Shown: positions 54,772-64,000 of the stretch, piece after piece
Position numbering within the stretch: position 1 is the stretch's first letter
Layout: every line of letters starts with the position of its first letter
Assembly (NCBI GenBank): GCA_012026655.1
Contig: JAAILG010000328.1
Location: forward strand, 1 to 64,000
DNA length: 64,000 nucleotides
Direction of reading: 5' to 3'
Source of the DNA: Hydrolagus affinis
Lineage: Eukaryota
Position numbers and translations under genes: made by a program
Notes under the pieces: generated by a model
The model's database searches: none
What the model saw: the letters and a program-made list of their open reading frames with translations, nothing else
What the model was told of the DNA's origin: nothing

Positions 54772-55376
54772 CTAGCAGAGAAAACAGAATAAAAGCCTTG
54801 CTGTAAAATCAAAATACAAAATGAATCAATCGTACAAAAATCTGATCCACAATCAATACTTCAAATCAATACCAGAACCTCAAAATCCTTCACAGGCTTA
54901 ACCTTAAATGATATCGTCAATGGTATTGCCATTAATATTTATGATCTGGCTGCATTTTCGATTGGAGTGGTCGATTCTCCCTTAATTTAGAAGCTGTTTT
55001 ATCACAGCAACCTTTAATTCGTATTAACTTCACTTAAAACAAAAGTTACTCAATACAACTTCAGAAAGATGGATGGAGGCAACCTAGTTGTAAGTCCTTT
55101 CAGACTTCACTGGAATTGCAAGAGTGACCTGAAGCTGTGGGTCGTGAGGGGCCTTTCAATGAGATAGAATGCAAACATCAGGCTCGACGATGTACTGACT
55201 TACTGAATAAATTCTGCATTGTTTACTTGCAAATTATGCCAAAAAGCATTGCTATTTTCTGGACGGTGTTGCCTTGAATTTGATGTTGGTATTCTGACAA
55301 TGTGGGTCCCTTTGTGTCTTCTCCATTCAGAGTCTGAGAACTAACATTGCTGAAATGTGATAAATAATGTACTTAC

Positions 55377-55418
55377 TGCTGGCTTTTCATTATTTATCTT
55401 GGGGAAAGAATTTGGTGC
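55377..55418 (-). CDS. COL15A1: COL15A1 NC1 hinge micro-exon
   Basis: ttttacttccag acceptor, GCA|gtaagt donor; 42 nt. Encodes APNSFPKINNEKPA; EKPA directly precedes the restin domain, as recalled for collagen XV. Confidence 0.87.
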
Positions 55419-55532
55419 CTGGAAGTAAAAAACAAACAAAAAAAACGGTTAAAATTCTATTTGAAAACACGCACGTCTGCCAAAAGAAAAAGACAAAGGG
55501 TTCAAATTACAGGTTAAAAAATTCTTACATAC

Positions 55533-55592
55533 TGGGAGATAGTTAAGGGCATTAAATGGATCATCAGCAGGGGCAGGAACCAAATCGCCAAG
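55533..55592 (-). CDS. COL15A1: COL15A1 NC1 hinge exon
   Basis: ctctttgacag acceptor, CCA|gtatgt donor; 60 nt, in frame. Encodes LGDLVPAPADDPFNALNYLP. Confidence 0.85.
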
Positions 55593-55678
55593 CTGTCAAA
55601 GAGATAAAAAAGGAAAGTGTTTAGCAATTGTTGTCGGGCATCATAAAGTCCACATTGAGCCAAGAAATTACGAGGTAC

Positions 55679-55807
55679 CTGAAGCTTCCTCCAACCATTG
55701 TAAACTCGGATGTAAAGATCACCTCTCTCTGAGACGTAGCCGAGAGAACCTTCAGACACAATATAAGTTGTCTTATGCATTAGCTCCACGTTCTTGAATA
55801 TGGTCAC
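55679..55807 (-). CDS. COL15A1: COL15A1 NC1 trimerization domain exon
   Basis: ctgaatag acceptor, CAG|gtacct donor; 129 nt. Encodes VTIFKNVELMHKTTYIVSEGSLGYVSERGDLYIRVYNGWRKLQ. Confidence 0.92.
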
Positions 55808-55884
55808 CTATTCAGAATGCATGAAACAACACCAGTTTACACATATGTCACAGATATCAAACTCAGAAGTTTTTCAACACATAG

Positions 55885-56337
55885 AATAATAATAATAATA
55901 ATCCTTGCATTTCATGTGGCGCTTTTCACGTCTTCTAAACATCTGAAAAGCGCTTCACGGAATATACCGCAAAGTGAACTGACTGTACATTTGTGGGTGA
56001 AACGCGCCAGCCAATTGCACACAGCAGTGTGGGTTGTGATAGATATCACGTCTTTGCGACACCTCAAAGCATTTCACAGAATATTTTGTGGGTGAAACAT
56101 GACAGCAGTGTTCCACAAACGGTCATGGATTGAAGTGACCAATTTATTATTATTTCTTAAAATATATTTTAATAGCAATCCATCACTCAACTAACAACTG
56201 GGCTCCTAGTTACTGCCAGGTGAACGCAGGTGTGTGGAGTAAGTAAACTTGCCCAACAGTTCGCCTTGCCTGGGAATCAAACCCAGGTCCTCTTGCTTGC
56301 CAGGTGACTGCTCTAAACACTAAGCTACAGGACTCCA
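55885..56337 (-). mobile_element. Long-variant SINE (composite)
   Basis: Family tail and head plus the extra ctgggctcctagttactgccaggtgaac segment. Confidence 0.8.
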
Positions 56338-56779
56338 TCTAGATGGAGCCTTGCACACAGGAGTTTACATTTGTAACAAGTGATAAAAGAATATCTCAAA
56401 GAACTTTGAAAGCACAAACTGAGAGTATTTGGAAATATCATAGATAGAGCAGCTCATCTTCTCCAGTTCCAATCCCCCAAACAAAATGAAAGCATTTTGT
56501 TTGTGGGATTTATTTACAATTTATAAATGATCATTTATAATGGACACTATAACCAAGAGCTAGATTACATTGAGGTGTCCGCCAATGCACAAGTTTGAGC
56601 TCCACATAACACGTGATAGACTACATCCATCCATCAAGTCTTTTGTAAATTACAGACGCTCGCTCCCAAGAAATTGAAATTCCTTACAATCATAGAGTCT
56701 TACAGCACATGAGGAGGCTGAGTGTATCATGCCTAGACCAGCTGTTAGCCCCAGTATCCTTTCATATTGTTCCTTTTCA

Positions 56780-56940
56780 AATATATACACCAATCGACTA
56801 ACACCTGGGTTCCTACTTACTGCTAGGTAAACAGAGGTGTGTGGAGTAAGGAAACTTGCCCAACATTTTTCCCTGTCAAGAATTGAACCCAGGTCTTTTG
56901 CTTGCGAGGCGAGCGCTCTAACCACTGAGCTACAGGACTC
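56780..56940 (-). mobile_element. Long-variant SINE 5' part
   Basis: tRNA head followed by cctctgtttacctagcagtaagtaggaacccagg (minus strand). Confidence 0.8.
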
Positions 56941-58194
56941 TTATATAGTCAAGCGCTTAACTCCACAGGTATGTACAGTGGATGGTCTTCATCAACTAAC
57001 CCAACATTAGATGAGGTGGGAGATTCTCCCGGTGTTCTGGCAAATAATTCTCCAGGTTAATTGGCAATTCAACTCATGGCTGCATTATTTCATAGAATCA
57101 TACGGCACAAAAGAAGGCCACTCCGCAGCATCGAGTCTGTGCCGGCTCTTTGAAAAGAACAATTCAATCCCACTCCCCAGCTCTCTCCCCATAACCACGC
57201 AAAACCGTCCTCCCCTTTTGCATACGAAAACAATCGCTTGTCTTGACAGAAATTAATTGTTGAGCACCTTGAGATGTTTCAACATAACACTGCTATTAAA
57301 AAGCAAATTCTTTCTGTGTTTCTAAATCTTTCACCCTTAGAGATAAACAGTTTTAGCTGGTTAGACTTCAGCAGTAACCCCAACACGCACTCGGGAACCC
57401 CAAGCCATGGCTCTTATGAACCTGAGCCTTTTACTTTCCGAAATTAGGTAAGCAGGATGTGTCACACCAGGAAGATAGAGCGGGTTCCATTCCATCAATA
57501 TCCCTCTGGAATTTCCATTCTCGCAGGAATTCTCAGTTTGGTTTGGATGCTCTTAAACACGGTGATGGGTTTCCACCTGTGTCTTGATATCCAGCTGACC
57601 CACATCCATAAAAAAATGCTAATTTTTTATTGATTTCCCAAGTTGCTACCTCCTGCACATAACATGGCATTTAACAGATAATAAGAATCAACGCATTCTT
57701 CATCCAATCTGAAGTGTGGTGACAAGAGTTAGCATATTAAGAATCTGCGATTGCATGCGGCAGCTTCGAAATAGCCACATAAATCATCACTCTGAAGTCA
57801 AGGGAATATTTCCCAGGTGCTGGGCTCCAAGCATATTATTTTTGGAGCATATTTATCTCTAAGGATGAGTGCTAGCAGAAATGCGTTTAGCTCACAGAAG
57901 AAAAGCAACCAATCTTATTATTTCTCCTTGTCAGCTTTGAAAACTACCTGGGTCCTTCTGTGTTTATTTTTTTTTAAATGTGGTCACTCTATCCACGACT
58001 GTTGATGAGACATTACCGTGCCGCAGCAGTTCACCCTAAAATACATAGTCAATTCATTTTATAGTATATTCTGTGAAGCATATAACTTGAAGACATGGTA
58101 AGGCACAGTATCAATGCAAGGATTCTTAGATTATTTTTATAATAAGTGAAATCTTTGGAATATAAAGGGTAAATGATCAATTTGGTAGCCAAGG

Positions 58195-58955
58195 CTCTCT
58201 GGCTGTTGGTAGTACTCTCACCTCTGATCAGAAGATTGTAGATTCAAGCCTAAATTCAGGACTTGAGCTCATAACCAAATCTTCCCTCCACTTTTTCTTC
58301 TCTCCCTCCCTTTCCCCCTTTCTCTCCCCCTTTTCCCCTTTCCCTCCCTCTTCCCCCTTACCTCCTTTCTCCCCATTTCTCCCTGATTTTAACCCCACCC
58401 ACCTTTCCCTCCCTCTCTCCCCTTACCCTCTTTTGCCCTTTCTCCCCTGGCCCCACTTCCGTGATTGTTTGTGGGACACTGCTGCGCGCAATTTGGCTGC
58501 TGCGTTTCGCCCACAAATATACCGTCAACTCTCCTAGTCTCCTTCATCCTCCCCCGACCCCTCCCCCACTATCTGACTGTACAGTGCCTTGGGACGTCCT
58601 CTCGACCTGAAAGGCGCTATATAAATGTAAGGATTGATTGATAGTCTAGACTAGCATTCATTTCAGTGCAGCAATGTGGAAGTGCTGCTTTGTTGGAGAT
58701 GCTATCTTTCAGATCAACTGTTTAACTAAGGTCCCAGCTTCCTGTTCTTCAGATGGGCACCAACACTATTTGGAAAAACAGGGAGTTTTTCCCCTGGTGC
58801 TGAGAAAACTTGGTCATTCATCTCTTGGCTGTCTGTGAGATGGATCTTGCTATGTGTAAATGGCTTCCTACAAAAACAGGGATAGCAGCTAGCAGCAACT
58901 CCCTGTGAAATACCTTGAGACATTTCAATGTGATAAGGTGGTACAAAAATGGCAA
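58195..58955 (+). mobile_element. Ancient tRNA-Deu SINE remnant (SacSINE1/AmnSINE-like) split by a younger insertion; similar remnants near 12550-12790, 22610-22800, 27310-27520, 50400-50790
   Basis: ggtagtactctcacctctgatcagaagattgtagattcaagc head; ggagatgctatctttcagat, ggatcttgctatgtgtaaatggct body; tgtgaaataccttgagacat tail. Family assignment is from memory. Confidence 0.55.
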
Positions 58956-58984
58956 TGCAATGGTTGTTAAGAGTCTTATGCTTA

Positions 58985-59283
58985 TCCTGTAGCTCAATGG
59001 TTAGAGCACTCGCTTCGCAAGCGAGAGCCCTGGGTTCGATTCCAGGTCAGGGCGAAACCTTGGGCAAGTTTCCTTACTCCGCACGCCTGATAATAATCCC
59101 TCAAAACAAATATAATAAACTGGTCATTTCGATCGACTGTTTATGGGACACTGCTGTGCGCAATCGACTGGAGTGTTTCGCCCATAAATATATAGTGAAT
59201 TCACTTTACCGCATATTCTGTAAAGCACTTTGAGAAGGCGAGAAGACATGAAAAGCGCTATATCAAATGCAATGATTATTATT
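58985..59283 (+). mobile_element. SINE copy next to a COL15A1 donor site
   Basis: Colinear with the family; intact A and B boxes. Confidence 0.9.
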
Positions 59284-59300
59284 CTTATCTTTCAACTTAC

Positions 59301-59365
59301 CGGGCTTCCAGTGCTTGGTGGTCCTGGTGGTCCTGGTGGTCCGGGGGGGCCTGGAAGTGCCACAG
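59301..59365 (-). CDS. COL15A1: COL15A1 last collagenous exon
   Basis: Minus-strand tattttcag acceptor, CCG|gtaagt donor; 65 nt, phase-compatible on both sides. Encodes (A)VALPGPPGPPGPPGPPSTGSP. Confidence 0.93.
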
Positions 59366-60582
59366 CTGAAAATATAAAGAATGTTTTAGCTGCTGGACAA
59401 ATACATTTCACCTTTGTGTTACTGACAAATCTGCTTTTTATTTTAAACTGTCAGGTTTACAGCACAGAAGAAGGCTATTTGGCCCATCATGTCAAAATTG
59501 GACATTATGTCTTTTAAAAAACCACATCCATCTTTGAGTTCATACTGATATCAGGATAAACTATTTATCTGCAAGGAAAGTCAATTTGAAATTATAACTT
59601 CAAGATCCTTAACCCCACTTTTATTTCCCTTCAGGTTTGCCCACCCTACCTCTGAGACCCTCTTAAACTCTAACAACCTGCTCAATCCTTTCGCTTGGCT
59701 ACTTCATCGTCTCTGGCCCTGGTCACCCCATCATCGGCAGTTGGGCTTTCACTCTTTCAGCCCTCTCTCTCTGGTACTCTATCTCAGAGTTCCTTCGCCT
59801 CAATGCTTCCCTTGCTTCCTTTGACTGCTGCTTCGTCCATCTTCCATCTCCACCGCTTGGCCCCCACTATTCCCGAACCCAACCCCCAGCTCACGTGCAA
59901 CCCCTCGTTGTCCTCCAAATACAAAACCACAATATAAATAAAATTTGTTGTTGTTGTAATTCTATCCCGCCCTTTCCCCAGTTACCCTAATGTCTTTGAG
60001 TGGAATTGCGTAAATCTCTGGTGAGGTTCGTCTTCTCCACCCCTCTCACCTCCTCCAAATACACATGAGACACACACAATTTGATTCCCCTCCCCTCTTC
60101 CACACTCCTTGAGCTGCAAATTCCCTCATCCCAACCCTGCCCATATACTCAGGTCCTGACCCCTGCCTATTCAATGCTTTGGGATGTCCTCCCTATATGT
60201 AAAGCGCTTCACAAATGTTGTTTTGCTCTCGTTGTAAATGCACCAATGTGAGAGGATTTCCAGTATGGTACAGATTTACTCTATTAACTTAGTCTGCAGT
60301 AATTCGGCAAATTGTTGAATTCAGTCTGAACTTTGAAGGGTTTAACCTTTTGCAGTAGTGTACGTTACTATCCAGACGCAGACAAATTTCCATGCAAATT
60401 TATAAATAAAAAAGCTTCAAAATTAAAGTTGAATTGAAACAAAATGCCAAATTCTGCATGTACTGCACTGCTAAGAAAATAAGAGTGAATCTAGACCTAA
60501 GTGGAATTTGGTCTCTACAAAATCCTTAGGAGAGCTTCTTTTTCCTCTTCGTACATCACTTTGTGTACATGTAACTGCATAC

Positions 60583-60983
60583 TAGGGTCCGGTGATATAT
60601 CGATATATCGCTAAAACACGATATAATTTTCATATCGATACGCCAATATAGGCATTTTAAAAATATTGATATATCGAAAAATCTGGGGGGGTGGGGGGAG
60701 AGACGGGGTGGATGTGATAATATACAGATAGATAGAGATGGGGGGGATGTGAGAGAGGAGAGAGACACAGAGACTCAGACAGAAAAACACAGAGATGGAG
60801 AGAGTGAGTATGAGAGACACAGAGAGAGAAAGATATTTACCTCCTGAGGAGATAGGCCCCGAATGCGCGTGCCGTGCGTGCATGCGCAGTATGAAAACCC
60901 CGAAAATATCGATATTTCGGTGTATCTCGATATGAGCCCATCGATATATCTAACTCGGAAAATTTCCATATCGACGGACCCTA
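60583..60983. mobile_element. hAT-type MITE
   Basis: TIR tagggtccg/cggacccta; 8-bp TSD ctgcatac (60575-60582) / ccgcatac (60984-60991); many subterminal ATATCG/CGATAT motifs. Confidence 0.88.
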
Positions 60984-61624
60984 CCGCATACCCATTTGGG
61001 CTGACAGTTTAACGCTGACTGTAGATATGTCACACTGACCCATGGGAACTTCTCTCCGAGGTTAGAATGTGATGGCATTATGTTCATGCTATTGTCTTTT
61101 CCTACGACAAATTGTCACATAATAATCCATCCAAATAATACTCCGTCCCAAAACAACCACTATAATAAAAATTGGTCATTTCAATCGATGAAATGTGCGC
61201 AATTGGCTGCCGCGTTTCGCCCACATATAGAGTCAATTCACTTAACAGTATATTCTGTGAAGTACTTTGAGACGTTGATAAGATGTGAAAAGCACTATAT
61301 CAAATACGAGGATTATTATTATAATAGATCTCCATTATCTGGAAAAGCAGGATTTTCTATTGGGGTGGGGGAGAAGGGGAAATCAATTAAGAATAAAGTC
61401 AAACCCTGGATTCTGTTAGAAACAATGCTTGAAATAATTGTTGCTGGGGCCCTGCTTGAATTCTGATCTTTATTTCTGCTGATCTCTGAAGATGGATTGT
61501 GGCTAAAGGCAATGACGGGTCAGAAATCCGTGTCCAGCTGTGAGCCAAATTTGACTTTAAATTAAAATCTAAATGAATCTAAAATTTGAATAAAATTCTA
61601 CATCCAAACTTAAATCTACACAAA

Positions 61625-61860
61625 TTTAGGAGTGAGATTAAGAAGCATTTTTTCATGTAAAGGGTAGTGGAAATCTGGAGATTTCTCCCTCAAACGGTTG
61701 TGGGTGTTAGATCCATTAACTGAGGTGGATATATTGTGTGATGGAACAAGGTATCAAGGGATATGGGGCAAGGGGGGATATTGAAGTGGAGGTAAAGATC
61801 AGCCATGATCTAATAGAATGGTACAACAGGCTCGAGTGGCTGAATTCCTGTTCCTATGAA
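61625..61860 (+). mobile_element. Decayed CR1 3' fragment (similar remnants near 19340-19610, 43570-43820, 46230-46460, 47380-47620)
   Basis: ggtatcaagggatatgggg...agatcagccatgatctaatagaatgg matches the 3' end of the 51.9 kb CR1. Confidence 0.7.
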
Positions 61861-62025
61861 TATTCTGCGATTGATTCTAAGGTTGGTTATTTAGAAATTC
61901 CCTTTGCTGATCACTGCAAACTAAACCCCTGGCCGTGTTTCATGAAGCTCTATCATTCCAAATCCATTGCACCAAATTGTCAATTTGCAGCTGTAAAAAT
62001 AGACATTTTGTTGAGACAGGCTCAC

Positions 62026-62170
62026 CTGATCCAAAGACCCCCGATGTTCCTGGAGGGCCTGGGAGGCCCGGTCGACCTTGTGGCCCTACAATCCCATAAC
62101 CCACGGGTCCTGGGGCACCAGGTGTCCCTGGTGGCCCCATTGGTCCCTCGATAGATTCTCCCTTGGGTCC
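62026..62170 (-). CDS. COL15A1: Collagen XV alpha-1, Gly-X-Y exon
   Basis: Minus-strand ttgcccacag acceptor, CAG|gtgagc donor; 145 nt. Encodes [48 protein letters not shown]. Confidence 0.92.
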
Positions 62171-62950
62171 CTGTGGGCAAATGAAAACAAATTCACTATT
62201 CAGCAAGTAACAGCGAGTTGAGAACTTTCTCACAAACTAGATGACAGTGGCTAACACCAAAGTGTTCAGCTCTTCAGTGCGAGTCACAAAGGAGGATTTT
62301 GAAACGAATGATTACTTTGGAGGCAGAGTAGCTCACTGGGTGAAAGCCTCATGTTATAATGCATGGAGTATTACTGGGTGTACTCATTATAATCAAACTG
62401 TGGTCTAAGTGGTATCAATATGTTACAGGTATGAGTGATGGAATAGCGGCAACTTTAAATAGGGAACCAAAACATTGACATCAATGGACACTGGTGAAAA
62501 ACAGATAAAACATTTTTTCCAAAAAAATCTCGGATTACCCAGGCGAATGAAAGCGATGCATAATAATAATAATCCTTACACTTATATAGCGCTTTCCACG
62601 TCTTATCGACGTCTCAAAGCGGTTCACAGAATATAACAATGTCCTAAGGTTGGGACCAGAGCAAAGGGGGAGGGAGAAGAAAAGAGGGAAGAAAGTGGGG
62701 AAAAGAAGTAGGGACCAGTGAACTGTCCTAAATATGAGGTAAAGCAAGTGAACTGAATTTGAATACACTTTTAAAAAAAACATTGTTGCTAATTACTGAA
62801 GGCAGCTAAGTAGATGAGCAGGTTGCTCAAGTCATTAATGCTGATGCGCCTGTCAACAGATGGGTCTAGGCAAGCAACAGGTCAACCAATGGAGGAATCC
62901 CAGAGCCGTGCATTACTAGCTGACAACCTTCAAAACACGTCACATGTAGG

Positions 62951-63155
62951 CAAATGGAAAATACTGCAGCTACTTGTGGAAGTCTGGTACAAAACAGCAA
63001 ATCAGGCAGCATCTACGGAGAAAGGAAAGCGAGTCAATGTTTCAGGTCCAAATGTTCTGATGAAGGGTTGTGGACCCAAAATGTTGACTCACTTTCCTTT
63101 CTCCATAGATGCTGCCTGACCTGCGGAGGTGTTGCCAGCAATTTCTGTTTTTGTA
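62951..63155. mobile_element. Fold-back Penelope derivative in a COL15A1 intron
   Basis: Inverted arms; perfect 11-bp TSD tcacatgtagg (62940-62950, 63156-63166); tail at the left end. Confidence 0.88.
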
Positions 63156-64000
63156 TCACATGTAGGAATGCTGGTACGTAAGTCTCCACAAATGGCTCAA
63201 TCTAACACTGCCAAGACATCCTAGCAGCTAGCATTAAACACAATAATATCCTTCACAGCCTCCTACTGATCTCCCATCCTCCATATTACAGAGATACGGG
63301 TTGTGAAAGCAGAGGGTTAGAATTGCATGCCTTTTATAGAACTAAATTCAACTAAAAACATGTACTTATTACATGCAGCCTGAGATACAACAAATGCCAA
63401 GTCATTTTTTATAAAAGTTGTGTAGAAAGTTGGCCATTGAGCCCAATAAACGTCTTCAACCTATTCGTTAGATCATAACAGATCTTCTAATCCTATTTCC
63501 TCTACCTTTTTGGATACCCATTAAACATTCAGCAGAATGATGTCCCGACTATAAATATATCTTCCTTTTAAACATCCCCATTGACCTTATCTCTTGGAGA
63601 ACATTGGGTTATGTCTGTAAGTAGTGTTTGGAATTCTTTGAAGAATATTGAACTCTAAATGCAAATAAATACCCCATTATCCAATATGGGACGACTGCTT
63701 GGGACATACTGTAGCCAACTCAAAGTGGTCTTTCTCATCAGCATTGATTACATACATCAGTTTTAATAATAATAATAAACCTTGTATTTGATATAATGCC
63801 TTAGCACATCTCTTAGATGTCTCAAAGCGCTTCACTGAATATACTGTGATCGCAGAATACCACACCATACTGCAACTCTGAATGAGCTGGGTTTAGACAT
63901 ACAGTATAAATTATCATTATAAAAAAAATAATAATAAAAATTATGCAAAGTGATTAAGCCAAGTTAATTAGAATTCAGCAAATGACCTGATACTTATTTA

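Noticed and set aside
55527-55533. Alternative COL15A1 donor gtaaga 4 nt downstream of gtatgt
   Set aside because: It would shift the frame before the restin domain; there is no evidence of use.
62530-62560. Possible further COL15A1 micro-exon (cctgggtaatccg on minus strand)
   Set aside because: No AG acceptor or Gly-X-Y frame; no further collagen exon could be supported between 62171 and 64000.

Overview
Eukaryotic (vertebrate) genomic DNA. The repeat content (tRNA/Deu-type SINEs, L2, CR1, Penelope) suggests a cartilaginous fish, which is an inference. The + strand carries TGFBR1/ALK5: the window opens inside intron 1, coding exons 2-9 lie at 17105-37271, and a long 3'UTR runs to about 41.5 kb. 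The - strand carries the 3' end of a multiplexin collagen, best called COL15A1, with 8 coding exons at 62170-53536, so the two genes are tail-to-tail. Most ORFs in the supplied track are spurious or derived from repeats. The most interesting signals are: (1) the TGFBR1 exon 8 splice acceptor is built on the 3' tail of an L2 LINE, and an inverted copy of the same L2 sits in the next intron, a candidate RNA-structure switch giving an NMD-escaping, kinase-truncated receptor or a circRNA; (2) a family of short fold-back Penelope-derived elements with target-site duplications and minimal hammerhead ribozymes, plus a GIY-YIG-coding parent fragment; (3) modular SINE evolution (3' tail swap, internal deletion); (4) conserved-looking miRNA sites and lineage-specific protein features. 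Comparisons with human genes are recalled from memory, not computed. Repeat boundaries are approximate unless TSDs or TIRs are given.
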